From Eledone cirrhosa (taxonomy: Eukaryota), in the NCBI GenBank assembly GCA_964016885.1, contig OZ024745.1:38254001-38318000 (forward strand): 64,000 nt of DNA. The letters are read 5' to 3'. Both the position numbers and the translations under genes were made by a program. The stretch's first letter is position 1, and each line of letters begins with the position of its first letter. A model generated the notes under the pieces. It saw only the letters and a list, made by a program, of their open reading frames with translations, searched no databases and was not told the DNA's origin. This document shows positions 1 to 13,664 of the stretch, one piece after another.

Positions 1-1398
1 ATATATACACCGCTAGAGTTAGTTATTTATATATATATATATAAATATAAACATGAACATAACAAAGAACAAAAAACACTGTACAGTGACGAAGTATATT
101 AGTTCCCGACACTAGTCGTTCATCAGATGTTAGAATGAGGAATAAAGTATGAAATAGAAATATAAAGAGAGAGAAGAGGCAGGAACGGAACACACTCTGT
201 TTAGGAAAAGCAGGTGGATATCTTAGGAAATTTAGAAAAGCAGATAATCATTACATATTTAAAGTAGACATGTGTGAGTGCGTATGAGTGTGTGTATCTC
301 TCTGTGTACGTGTAGATTTGTTCGTTTGTCTGTGTAAAGCTTTCAGTAATGAGCGTTGGACCCTAACAGAGCTGGTTGCTTTGAGAATGTAAAGGATAGA
401 GTATGTGCGCGCGCATGAACCTTCACCTGCAGTGAGAAATTCAAATATTTTTATCAAATTATATGTATATAGACATATGTCGTTCAAAAAGCAAAACGCG
501 TGTTAAGTGAATAAACTTCACTTCTTATGGTGTGAGGGTACAGTCATCAGCCACGCACTCTAGAGGGTGCTTTCGGTAGAATCCCTCCCCAAATGGATTA
601 AATGGATCCCTAAGCGAAACCAATATAGCTTATAGATTTAATTCAGCTCTCTTCTCCTAGTCTATATCGCGATAGGTTGCCGATTGGTTTTGCCATACAA
701 TCTGTACAGCGATTTTATTTTAGACATTCTAATCACATGTCCATTATAGCGGAGATGTAGCTACGCTATTTGGGTTGAATCCATGCTCTCACAGCTCACA
801 TCATTATCGATTAACATTACTCCAAATACCCTTCCGAGGAACAACATTTATAATTGATCAAGCGACCACCTAAGAAGTTTCCTTATTTGTTTGTGTGTAT
901 GTAAATTTGAAATGATATTTGCCATAGCATAAATGCACAGTTAAACGAAAACTTTATTGCTTTTACTATATTCAGTTCGTTAACATCATAGTAAAAGGCA
1001 TACCAGTCATATACTCTACATCCTCCAGTGCTGGATGTCAACAGGTTACACCATTCATTCATGCGTGTCAGTGATGATTTTTTTTATCAGAAGTTATTAC
1101 AGTGTTCAAAGTTTGATTTATTTCTGTTAGTACAAAGTTTGTTGGTCCGTTGGTTTTAGCTCACCTTCTTCTGTGTTACAATCACTAATATATAGACACC
1201 ACTATCACACTATTTTGTATATTATGTGTGTGTAGGAAGTGAAACAGTGAGAGACGCAGTCATAGAATAAAGAAACAGGTTTATACACACAAATAAAACA
1301 CATACGCACACGCACACACACACACACAAATAAAACACATACGCACACGCACACTCACACACACACACACACACACACACCCCCACACACACACACAC

Positions 1399-1455
<57 letters not shown>

Positions 1456-2665
1456 CAGACATACAATTATACATATGTACATATCTACTATTTACGTATA
1501 TTATGTGATGTATTAATACAACGATATATCGATTTATCTATCCTTCCAAATTTGTCTGTCTTTGTCTCGTGTCTCTTTTCCACTGTATCTACTAGTATAT
1601 GTTAAATGTTTGTTTAAGCTGACAGCTTTTCATAACGTATAGGGAAAGAGAGAGACAGTGATATGTCCACCAGAAGACACCGGATATATTAATGGCAAAT
1701 TTCAGTAAGCTTTATCTTCAGTGCATCATCGATTGTTGACCTTTTGTAAATATCCTATACAGATATTTCTTCAGTATTTTATTATCACCGCATTCAATCA
1801 ATTGACATAGCCTGCGACACTGACTGGCAGGGTACGACTCCAGTCTCTTAAACTATTGTACCATAATGTTGAACTTTACTCTATCTATCAAAGAACCATT
1901 GTAATATATCAAATAAATCTTCAACAATCGGAAAAGTCAATTTGGGAAATAAGTGATAAAAACTTATATTTTTTCTGTTATTATCATTTAATGATTGCAA
2001 CAAGTTACGCAAACGGCATTTCCCTCTTGAGACGAGTAATATAGAAATTTGGGTTTTCTTTTCATGTAATACGCTTTCCATTGTTTCTTTTCGGCTTGTC
2101 ACCTTATATTTTATGTATGGGTTTTATGTTAAGAAATACTTTTATTTCTTTGTCAAAAATGTACGTATTTCAATTTGTACCGTTCCCTTGTTATGATTTC
2201 TATGATTTAGGGTTATTACAAGATTTAAATCAAATAAATCAATCATGAGAAGACTTCTTATGGTTTGAAGGTGAACTGTCGACGCATTATAAGACTAGAA
2301 TTTAAGATGTATTGACACGCAATAAGAAACGATGAGATGTCTATCATGGTTCATATAAATAAATATTAGAGATTAAAGTGTTTTTTCGACCAGAGATATT
2401 GTTAAACTGTGAGTTGGTGGATAATCGAACAACCGACAAAATGAAAAGATGAAAAATTATCTTCGAATATTTCTTATATTTGTTGCAATCGACTGTAGGA
2501 TGATCTGAAATACATTTAGTTTTGAAGTTAACTATTGTCCTATTTTACTTATTGTAGAGGGGTGGTAATTTGAATATATATATATAAATATAGATGAAGT
2601 ATTTCCGTAGGAAGGGTAAAGGAAAGGAGAGTGCTCTCTCTGTCTCCCTCTCTCTCACTCTCTCT

Positions 2666-2765
<100 letters not shown>

Positions 2766-3702
2766 GTATATATTCCCCGTAGTTACTGGTAAATGTGCTA
2801 TTGGTATATATTCCCCGTAGTTACTGGTAAATGTGCTATCCATATATTTCTAATATTTAGAGACAATATGTTCGTTTGAGAGCTGGAAATTCAATTACAG
2901 TATTGAATTTATACAACATCAGTAAAATATTTTCTCAATACTCTCTAAAGACTATACATTCAAAAGATGAGATCAGGATGGTATGGAACCATTTATGATG
3001 GATGTCAAATCAATCAGATTTCCGTGGTATAACCATTCGTTAAGACGCCCACAATCCCGCTAGTACTAGTATGAGATTGTGCAGTGGTTAGGAGTTTATA
3101 TATAAGCTCACAAATACGAGAAGGTCGAAAGTTAGGCGTACTCGACTGTATATGCCAAACGAAATGAATGTATGTAAATATTTAAATTTAAATATTTCTG
3201 TAGGTTTATTAAACTACTAGTAATTTGAATAAGCATTTTATAAAGATTTTAAAGATTATTTTTTTAAGATTATTATTACCTAATAATTATATGAGTTGGC
3301 AGTAGAACTGACATAAGTGTTAGCCTTAAACGAGTTATAATACTATATTATATGGGGTCGTGTTTAAAATAGTAGAATGATATGGAAATCATGTGCAGGC
3401 ATGTGGAAAAGTTTCACGTTTCCTATTTAAGACTAGTAAATCAGATTTGATTATTAGAAGACACATTATGATATAAGATGAATTTTGAGGTTTAACTTAC
3501 TACACATTACTTATATTTAGCTACGTGTTTTGCCACACAACCTACCTAGTTTGTCTTTCCTTTTCTTGTTTTTGCTTTCTCTTCTTGAATGCTTGCTTGT
3601 GTATAAAAAAAACCCATATTAAATTATCTATTTCTGTGTGTGTATGTGCATATATATATATATTTATATATAAATACACGCACACACACATACACACCCC
3701 CC

Positions 3703-3769
<67 letters not shown>

Positions 3770-3824
3770 GTATGTATATATATTTATGTGTATGTATATA
3801 TGTATATGCATGTATGTGTATGTA

Positions 3825-3985
3825 TTAATCAAAAGCTGCTCCTCACAGCCATATGAGCCTCGTTTACATCCTCTCTGCTCATTGGGAAATAGATCATTTG
3901 TTATCAGGTGATCATATGTATATTCAGTTCGGATTGATGTTAAGATTTGATACATTGTTTCATCAAGTTATCGGTCTGTATTATT
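3825..3985 (-). mobile_element. RT fragment of a second R4/Dong-like family (inverted duplicate of 13665-13820)
   Basis: Encodes MYQILTSIRTEYTYDHLITNDLFPNEQRGCKRGSYGCEEQLLIN. Reverse complement of 13665-13820 with the same 5' junction (taataatacagaccgataac). Confidence 0.8.
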
Positions 3986-3998
3986 TTTATTATTATTT

Positions 3999-6900
3999 TT
4001 CTTTGAGTCTCAGTCATAGATGTTAGTTAACTGGAAAGTTTGTTGAAATGAATATCAAGCCACTACCTGCAGCCTCAGTTATTCAGGACGTATTGGAGGT
4101 TTCTTGCTGTTCCCAGCAAGCATGCCTTTTGAAGTGTTCCAAAAAGCGGCGTGGGGCCAATTTTCTTTAACCATCCGTGGAAACTCTTTGAGATAGTCCC
4201 TAGTGCGCCTATGACAATCAGGATCACTTTGTCTTCATGGCAGTTCCAAATCCTTTTTACCTCCCACTTTAAGTCCTGGTATCGGTTAATTTTCTCTCTC
4301 TCCTTCTCTTGCACTCTCGTTTCGAATGGGCAGGCCACATTCACAATCAGGCACGATCTTTTTTCTTTGTCCACAACCACCAGGTCAGGTCTATTGTGTT
4401 CCAGTTTCTTGTCCGTCTGTATCCTAAAATCCCACAGCACCTTCACCTGATCGTTTTCTATCACCGCCTCTGGCTTATGCTCATACCTCTTCTCAGAATG
4501 TGGTAAATTGTTTACTTTGCATAGGTGCCAGTGGATCACCCTGCCCATCACATCATGTCTCCAGCCCTTATAGTGAGTCTGGGCTAGGTGTTTACACTCG
4601 GATACAATGTGAGCCACAGTCTCCTCTCCCTCTCCACAGATCCTGAACAGTGGGCTAGCCTCCTTGTAAATATGGTGTTTCAACCACTTCGTTTTGAGGG
4701 CCTGCTCCTGCGCAGCCATTAACATTCCTTCTGTAGCCTTTTTAAGGTCTCCTCTTTTCAACCAGTTCCATGTCATTGGATCTCTAAGTTCAGTTTGCTC
4801 AAAGAAGGTACTATGAAGGGATTTTTCCTGAAGGCTGCTCTTTCTCCTTGATGTTATTTCCTCCTTGGACATACCCTAGCCTATTGTCCCCTCCTTTAGT
4901 ACAGTTCTGAGCATTGGCTCCTTACCATCAGTCACGTATTTGTGTAGGTTGTTTTTTTCCATCTGAACACAGTCCTCTATGCTGATAAGACCTCTTCCAC
5001 CCTCAGATCTCCTTAAGTAGAGTATATCGACATCACTCCTCTCGTAGAACATGTTGTATATAGTCAATAGCTTCCTAGTCTTCCTATGCATTTCTTTCTG
5101 TTCAGCAACATTCCATCTCAGAATTCCCGCACTGTACCTAATAATGGACACAGCTCGGGTATTTACTGCACTTATGGCATTCCTACTGTTCAGATGTAAC
5201 TTTAATACGCTCCTTACTCTCCGAACGTATTCAGTTCTTATCAATTCCTTCATTTTTTTGTTCTTGATGTCATCAGCCTCCAGAACGCCCAAATACTTGT
5301 ATCCTTCTTCAGAGTCAATTTCCATTATCATCTCACCCGTTGGTATCTGGATTCCGTTACTTCTGCTCAACTTACCCCTCTTCATCACAAGGACTCCACA
5401 CTTACTAATACCAAATTGCATACATATATCATTGGTGAAAATACGGACAGTGTCAACATGCACATCCGGCTCCTTCTCACTCTTCCCGTAGAGCTTAAGA
5501 TCGTCCATGAAGAGGAGGTGATTGATGGTAAGCCCTCCTCTTTCCCAACCTGTATCCTGCTCTCACTTTTCGTAGTACACTGGTCAGGGGCATCAGCGCA
5601 AGGACAAACAGCAGAGGGGACAGACTATCTCCCTGGAAGATACCTCTCTTGATCTTCACGCTTCCCAAGGATTCTCCAGTTGATGTTAACTCTGTTTCCC
5701 AGGACTGCATACTTTTGCCAAACAACTGTCTGATGTTATCTACCACCTTGAAGATCTCTAGGCGTTTGGTGATCCAAGAATGAGGCACCATGTCAAATGC
5801 CTTTTTGTAGTCTATCCATCCCATGGCAAGACCAGTGTGTCTCCTCTTGCAATTCCTCATTACCATCTTATGAATAAGTCTGGTCCTTTGTACCACGTGA
5901 CTTCTTTCGGCTTCCTTTCTGTTCGTCCGGTAACAAGTTGTTTCTGTGGAGGTGATGGTAGATTTCCTCAGACATAATGCTTGTCAACAGTTTCCACATT
6001 ACGGACAGACATGTGATAGGTCTATAGTTGGTAACATCATTACCCTTGATTCGGTCTTTCATTATCAGAACTGTGGTACCTTTTGTCAACCACTCTGGTA
6101 CCTCACCTGACATCAAGCAGTCATTGAACATGGTTGTCAGTTTCGGGTGGAGGGATGTTATATTTTTAATCCAATACCCCTGCACACCATCTGGGCCTGG
6201 TGATTTCCAGTTGGTTAGTTTTTTGGCCTGCCCCTTAAGAGTTTCAACTGTGATACTCAAATCAGATTGTTGGTGTGCCTGTTCAATAATCTCCTTCTGT
6301 ACTGTCTCAATCCACACTGCCTGGTCATTATGTTTAACATCCTGCTCCCATATTCCTCTCCAGAATGTTTTAGTTTGTTCCGCCTCATCGATGAAGTCGT
6401 TGCCTCTTTCTTTCCCTTCAAGCTGACCAAACAGCATCTTCTGGTTGTTGCCGAACATGCGGTTCTGTCTATATTGGCTGACTCCGTTCTTGTATCGCCT
6501 GATTTTTGCACTCTTTGCTACAATGCGTTGCTTCAGTTCCTCTATCATAATATTTAGCCTTTTCCTCCTAGTTTTGTACTTTATTTCCAGTCTATTTTTA
6601 GTGTCTATGTTTTTTAGTGTCCCATTCAGTAGGGACTCAAGCTTTCCAACGGCATTCCTCATTTCCCTGATTTGACCACTCATTCGTTTCTTCCACCAAG
6701 GCTCTGCACTTTCTTGTCTGTTGCTTCCTTTCGCTTTTATACCAAGTAGTTTCCTTACCATATTTGCTGTTGCTTTGAGGATATTGTTGCACTGGTGAAG
6801 GCTCCTCGCCTCAAGGTATGGGATGACTTCGTTTACCTTAGCTGTTGTTTCTTTTAACTTTTTCCTGTCTACAAATCTTAGGTTCATCGGTCTCCCACTA

Positions 6901-7507
6901 TCATTGTTCAATTCATCTACCACTAAGTTTAGGATATCAACTAAATATTGTCCAAGCCCGTCAGCATTCATCTCCTCAGTGGCCGTATCTCTGTTCCAGG
7001 TATTATTTATCTCAGCATTCAGATCATTGTCTACTTCGTGTGGTTACTCCGTTCTCTTGACCTCTTCACCTTCATTTCCCACTGGCTCATTTGCCTGGCA
7101 TACTCCACTCTCCATCTCCAAGCTTATCTCTCTGCTCAGTTCCTCCAGTTCCAGCTCGCTTATCCACCCATTAGTTCTTATTACTCGAGCCTGCCCGGCC
7201 AATTTTTGTTCATCTAATTTAAATAGAGCAATCTCGTTCCAGATGTTATACATCCGTTTCCTATTGCCTTTCTCCTTGGGGTTACTCTTCAGGTAACATT
7301 GCATAACCGTTCTATTAAATTCTTTCGTCCGGTTGGTTCTGGTCCCTTTTCTTCTTCTTCTTCCTCCGACACCAGCAGTATCTGGTTGACAGCCAGGTCC
7401 CTGCTGTTGAGCCAGGGAGCACCTGTTGGGTGAGAGTCTGTCACATGACATTCTACTCTCCATTTCACCTTTATTCGAACTGTTTAGGTTCGACATTTAA
7501 ACACTCT
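3999..7507 (-). mobile_element. Near full-length R4/Dong-clade non-LTR retrotransposon (RT + restriction-like endonuclease), frameshifted
   Basis: ORF pieces 7044-7496 (R4/Dong N-terminus VMQCY..RKRMYNIW..EQKLAGQARVI), 5868-6971 (WKSPGPDGVQGYW, NYRPITCL), 5495-5896 (WIDYKKAFD, GIFQGDSLSPLLF), 4876-5508 (FMDDLKL, YKYLG, GGRGL), 4075-4872 (decayed CCHC, RHD, RPDLVVVDK). Both ends abut (TTA)n. Confidence 0.93.
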
Positions 7508-7523
7508 TATTATTATTATTATT

Positions 7524-7710
7524 AAGGGCGGTGGATTGGCAGTATCGGTAGAGGGTCGGACGCCATGCTTTCCAGCATAGTTACGTCCCTTTACGATCTG
7601 AGTTCAAATCCCGCCGAGCTTGACTTTGCCTTTCATCCTTACGGGGTCGATAAAATAAAGTACCAGTAATGCACTGGATAATTGCTGGCCTTGTGCCAAA
7701 AGTAGAAACA
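7524..7710 (+). mobile_element. tRNA-derived SINE with (TTA)n tail
   Basis: A-box-like TGGCAGTATCGG, B-box GAGTTCAAATCC, central GCCTTTCATCCTTACGGGGTCGATAAAAT, ATT-repeat tail. More than ten related copies or fragments in the window. Confidence 0.85.
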
Positions 7711-7751
<41 letters not shown>

Positions 7752-7752
<1 letters not shown>

Positions 7753-8530
7753 GTTCTTTAAGTCTCAGTCATTGATGTTAGTTAACTGGAAAGTTTGTTG
7801 AAATGAATATCAAGCCACTACCTGCAGCCTCAGATATTCAGGACGTATCGGAGGATTCTTGCTGTTCCCAGCAAGCATGCCTTTTGAAGCGTTCCAAAAA
7901 AGCGTGGCGGGGCCAATTTTCTTTAACCATCCCTGGAAACATTTTGAGATAGTACCTAGTGCGCCTATGACAATCGGGACCACTTTGACTTCATGGCAGT
8001 TCCAAATCCTTTTTACCTCCCAATTTAAATCATGGTATCAGTTAATTTTCTCCCTCTCCTTCTCTTGCACTCTCGTTTCGAATGGGCAGGCCACATTCAC
8101 AATCAGGCACAATATGTTTTCCTTGTCCATAACCACCAGGTCAGGTCTATTTTGTTCCAGTTTCTTGTCCGTCTGTATCCTAAAATCCCACAGCACCTTC
8201 ATCTGATTGTTCTCCATCACCGCCTCTGGCTTATGCTCATACCACTTCTCAGAATGTGGTAAATTGTTTACTTTGCATAGGTGCCAGTGGATCACCCTGC
8301 CCATCACATCATGTCTCCAGCCCTTATAGTGAGTCTGGGTTAGGTGTTTACACTCGGATACAATGTGAGCCACAGTCTCCTCTCTCTCTCCACAGATCCT
8401 GCACAGTGGGCTAGCCTCCTCCTTGTAAATATGGTGTTTCAACCACTTCGTTTTGAGGGCCTGCTCTTGCGCAGCCATTATGATTCCTTCTGTAGCCTTT
8501 TTAAGGTCTCCTCTTTTCAACCAGTTCCAT
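7752..8530 (-). mobile_element. 5'-truncated copy of the R4/Dong element (RLE domain + 3' UTR)
   Basis: Highly similar to 3999-4772; CRIC..ETVAHIVSEC, RHD, RPDLVV; flanked by (TTA)n. Confidence 0.92.
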
Positions 8531-8552
8531 TATTATTATTATTATTATTATT

Positions 8553-8737
8553 AGGGCGGTGAATTGGCAGTATCAGTGGAGGGTTAGACGCCATGCTTTC
8601 TAGCATAGTTACGTGCCTTTACGGTTTGAGCTCAATCCCGTCGAGGTTAACTTTGCCTTTCATCCTTACGGGGTCGATAAAATAAAGCATCAGTAATGTA
8701 CTGGTTAATTGCTGGCCTTGTGCCAAAAGTAGAAACA

Positions 8738-8740
<3 letters not shown>
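8553..8740 (+). mobile_element. SINE copy (same family as 7524-7710)
   Basis: Colinear match, (TTA)n tail. Confidence 0.85.
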
Positions 8741-8785
<45 letters not shown>

Positions 8786-8907
8786 TATTTATATATTTAT
8801 TTTATTTATATCTAACGTTATCCAATTTAATTATGCATATATATATATATATATATATCAAGTATGTATGTTTTTAAACAGTGAGCAGGTTTGAAATTAG
8901 AAAATAG

Positions 8908-9096
8908 AATAGCTATCACCGTAATTTTGACTAAAGCAATTTTAGTCTGATAATGGCTTTAGAAGCCTCAGATTAACCAAAGATGTGGGTTCGACTCCTA
9001 TGTACGTCAATACTCATCTTTTCCCACTTATCTGAGGGTTCTAAACCCCATTATCAGGCTAAAACTCCTTTAGTCAAAATTACGGTGAAAGCTATT
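8908..9096. mobile_element. MITE-like fold-back element with ~65 bp imperfect inverted arms
   Basis: aatagctatcaccgtaattttgactaaag... pairs with ...ctttagtcaaaattacggtgaaagctatt; the loop contains B-box-like GGTTCGACTCC. Confidence 0.65.
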
Positions 9097-9162
<66 letters not shown>

Positions 9163-9293
9163 GTGAGGTTTTTTTTACAAAATGAAAAATAACCGAGATG
9201 TCCTACACGAGTGAAAGTATAAAGAAAAAGAGATGAAATCGAAAATGCAACTGAAGTCTTAATTAAAAAAAATTTATATATATTTATTTGGTT

Positions 9294-9331
9294 CCTTTAC
9301 CGGTTTCGCAGTTCTTCTGCTTTTCAAAAGG
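9294..9331 (-). ncRNA. Minimal type I hammerhead ribozyme, U3-A8 variant (left inverted pLTR)
   Basis: Reverse complement of 12610-12647. Confidence 0.75.
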
Positions 9332-9867
9332 TGAGTTGAGATGGAGGGTCTGTGGTTTTTCTCACATCTGGTTGGTCTCTGAATGTTACTTGTTTTATAT
9401 GGAAAAAGTGGCTCGAAATTCCAGGTTTTCGAGAAGTAATTTGATTGGTTTGTCAATAATTATAATAAATTTCGCGCCAGTTCGCGATACAATAGTTCTT
9501 CAAATAAGAGAGTGGGGGGTGGGGGGGGGGGGGGGGGGGTTGTCACAGGTTGTTTTTTCCATATATGAGTGTTTGAATTTCTTTTTACTTGAAAAAAGGA
9601 GGCTCACGAAGGCTTTTTTGGGGTTGGTTATAAATGAAATTTGGCTGTCACGTGAACAAGTTTTTATTACATTTTTGCGCCCTTATTTGGAAAACTATTC
9701 TGTAGTCTTTATAGTGAATGTTATGACAATGGAGAGATAGTGGTCAAGAGAAAAGGGATTGGGAGAAATGTTCTGGTTCAGTGAATATGGCCAGCTCGCC
9801 GGGGTGTCAGAGTTCAGATTTTCTATTGAGACTGAAGATATGTATGTTTATTTGTGTGCTTGTGTGT

Positions 9868-9910
<43 letters not shown>

Positions 9911-10354
9911 TATAGGAAGATGATTCTATTAGTAGAGATGGGGGAGGGAGTTGTGTGTGTGTGTATATGGGTGTTATGTGTGTGTGTGCGAGTATGTTAA
10001 GATGGAGAGAATATATATTTTGTGTGTGTGTATATATATATATATGTGTGTAGGAAAGTGGTTCTATTAGTAGAAATGGGGAGGGAGTTGTAGGTGTGGG
10101 GGTTATTATGTGTGTGTATGGGTGTTATGTGTGTGGGAGTATGGTTAGCATGTTAAGATGAAGAGAATATATATATATATATATATTGTGTGTGTGTGTA
10201 TGTGTGTGTGTAGGAAAGTGATTCCTTTAGTAGGAATATTTTTGAATGAACACATTTTCCTTACTTTTTCGTGTTTGCTGTTGTATTGCCAGTGCAAACG
10301 TATGTTAAGGTTTATTTAGTTCGGGTTTTTATTTTCTAAAGTAGAAGGTGTTAT

Positions 10355-11568
10355 ACTTACAAGCAAATATCGGGGACTGCGATGGGCACAAAAGCCGCTC
10401 CAACTTATGCCAACTTAGTCATGGCATACTTAGAAGTCCAGATATATGAACAGTCCAAATCAAAATACGGATTGAACTTCCACAAATATTTATCAGAGAA
10501 TTGGAAACGCTACTTGGACGATTGCCTCATTCTTTGGTCCCACACACTCGACCAACTGAAGGATTTCAAAAACTTAATAAACGGCATCAATAACCACATC
10601 CAATTCACAATGGAATACAGCCAAGATCAACTCCCATTTCTGGACATCTTAATCACAAAAAAATACACAAATATCGAAACTGACATACACTACAAACCAA
10701 CAGATTCCAAACAATATCTGCTATTCACCTCCAACCATCCAAAGCACACGAAGACGAACATTCCTTTTAACCTAGCAAGAAGAATTTGCACAATTGTCTC
10801 CAATTATGAAACGCGAAATGAAAGACTTCAAGAATTAAAGGAAATTCTACTTGAGAGAGAGTACCCACTATTACTAATAAATAATGGAATAGAAAGGGCT
10901 AAAGCAATAGGCATTGATGAATTACGGAAACAGAAACAAATTCAAGGTACGTCCAATATTCTATCATATATCTCAACACACAACCCAAGAAATGCGGAAG
11001 CTTACAACACTATTCACAATAACATCCCACTACTAAAACAAAACCCAAGAATGAAAAAAGCCCTTGAAACACACAAAATAATCAAAAGCAAAAGACAACC
11101 AAAATCACTGAAAACATTACTCACCAATGCCAAATTACCTACCACAAACCCACAACCAAGTAACACAAAATGTGGTCGCTCTAATTGTGGAACCTGCACT
11201 CACCTCATTGAAGGCAACACGTATACATTTAAATCAGGACAACATTTTACTGTAAAAAATCACTTCACTTGCTCATCAAAAAAAATCTAATTTATGCCAT
11301 TAAATGTAAAGGATGCAATGAAGATTATATAGGACAAACTAAACTCACACTCAGAAACAGAATGACAGTTCATCGCCAACAATTACGAGATCCAACCACG
11401 AGACAGATACCACTAAGTGCATATCTAGACATTTGCGCAAGTAATAAGACACCCAAATTCCAAGTCTTCCCATTTTACCTTTGCGCTAACAATACAACAG
11501 AACAAATGCGAATAAATAAGGAAAATATGTTTATTCAAAAATATAGACCAACATTAAATAAGGTTTAA
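10355..11568 (+). pseudogene. PLE polyprotein C-terminal part: RT, Cys-rich linker, GIY-YIG endonuclease
   Basis: GTAMGTKAAPTYANL, WKRYLDD, FLDI, HYKPTDSKQYL..SNHP, CGRSNCGTC, NLIYAIKCKGCNEDYIGQT..LRNRMTVH. One frameshift in the A-run near 11278-11285. Confidence 0.92.
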
Positions 11569-12053
11569 TATACATTATGTCAACACCACAATATGACATA
11601 CACACACACACATAACACCTTCTACTTTAGAAAATAAAAACCCGAACTAAATAAACCTTAACATACGTTTGCACTGGCAATACAACAGCAAACACGAAAA
11701 AGTAAGGAAAATATGTTCATTCAAAAATATTCCTACTAAAGGAATCACTTTCCTACACACACACATACACACACACACAATATATATATATATATATATA
11801 TATTCTCTTCATCTTAACATGCTATCCATACTCCCACACACATAACACCCATACACACACATAACAACCCCCACACCTACAACTCCCTCCCCATTTCTAC
11901 TAATAGAACCACTTTCCTACAAACATATATATATACATACACACAAAATATATATTCTCTCCATCTTAACATACTCGCACACACACATAACACCCATATA
12001 CACACACACACAACTCCCTCCCCCATCTCTACTAATAGAATCATCTTCCTATA

Positions 12054-12092
<39 letters not shown>

Positions 12093-12609
12093 ACACACAA
12101 GCACACAAATAAAGATACATATCTTCAGTCTCAATAGAAAATCTGAAATCTGACACCCCGGCGAGCTGGCCATATTCACTGAACCAGAACATTTCTCCCA
12201 ATCCCTTTTCTCTTGACCACTATCTCTCCATTGTCATAACATTCACTATAAAGACTACAGAATAGTTTTCCAAATAAGGGCGCAAAAATGTAATAAAAAC
12301 TTGTTCACGTGACAGCCAAATTTCATTTATAACCAACCCCAAAAAAGCCTTCGTGAGCCTCCTTTTTTCAAGTAAAAAGAAACTCAAACACTCATATATG
12401 GAAAAAACAACCTGTGACAACCCCCCCCTCTCTTATTTGAAGAACTATTGTATCGCGAACTGGCGCGAAATTTATTATAATTATTGACAAACCAATCAAA
12501 TTACTTCTCGAAAAACCTGGAATTTCGAGCCACTTTTTCCATATAAAACAAGTAACATTCAGAGACCAACCAGATGTGAGAAAAACCACAGACCCTCCAT
12601 CTCAACTCA

Positions 12610-12647
12610 CCTTTTGAAAAGCAGAAGAACTGCGAAACCGGTAAAGG
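12610..12647 (+). ncRNA. Minimal type I hammerhead ribozyme, U3-A8 variant
   Basis: CCTT-TTGAAAA-GCAG(AAGAA)CTGC-GAAA-CCGG-TA/AAGG: stem I, variant core, stem II, palindromic stem III, GUA cleavage triplet; AATAAA just downstream. Confidence 0.78.
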
Positions 12648-12716
12648 AACCAAATAAATATATGTATATTTTTTTTAAATAAGACTTCAGTTGCATTTTC
12701 GATTTCATCTCTTTTT

Positions 12717-13388
<672 letters not shown>

Positions 13389-13394
13389 TATACA

Positions 13395-13587
13395 CACAGA
13401 GTGTGTGACGAAAGGACTATGACTATATATAAACAACTATCTGGTTGTGGAACCAACCAACCAACCAGAAATTTATAGGTTTGTAAATTTGTAAATTTAT
13501 AAATTTATAAATATATAATAAATTGAAGTGAAAGCAACTGGTGCGTGTGTTTCTTATTGGCAACATGACCCTCCCAAAGTATAACAA
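13395..13587 (+). mobile_element. Short PLE-end-like element (family of 37255-37452)
   Basis: Colinear with 37275-37452; both end ...ccctcccaaagtataaca followed by (AT)n. Confidence 0.7.
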
Positions 13588-13664
13588 TATATATATATAT
13601 ATTTATATGCATAATTAAATTTGAAAAAAGTTACATATAAAGAAAAAAAATAAATAATAATAAT

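Noticed and set aside
95-135. CTGATGA-ACGAC..GTCG hammerhead-like remnant on the minus strand
   Set aside because: GAAA core is absent (GGAA) and no convincing stem I.
2768-2839. 38 bp-period tandem duplication (similar cases near 14710 and 55990)
   Set aside because: Two-copy local slippage; no spacer array or CRISPR structure, and the context is eukaryotic.
4151-7296. Plus-strand ORFs over the Dong element
   Set aside because: Antisense shadows of the retrotransposon ORF.
9288-9740. 150 aa ORF duplicated in reverse at 12220-12589
   Set aside because: Antisense to the PLE 3' region; the frame is not conserved between arms and has no recognisable motif.
10355-11568. Possible selenocysteine (Naiad-type) recoding or programmed frameshift
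   Set aside because: No in-frame TGA at Cys positions; the break lies in a homopolymer and is best explained as an indel.
12433-12480. Possible second hammerhead (TTGAAGA..GAAA) in the PLE 3' region
   Set aside because: U3 with G8 is uncompensated and stems II and III are poor.
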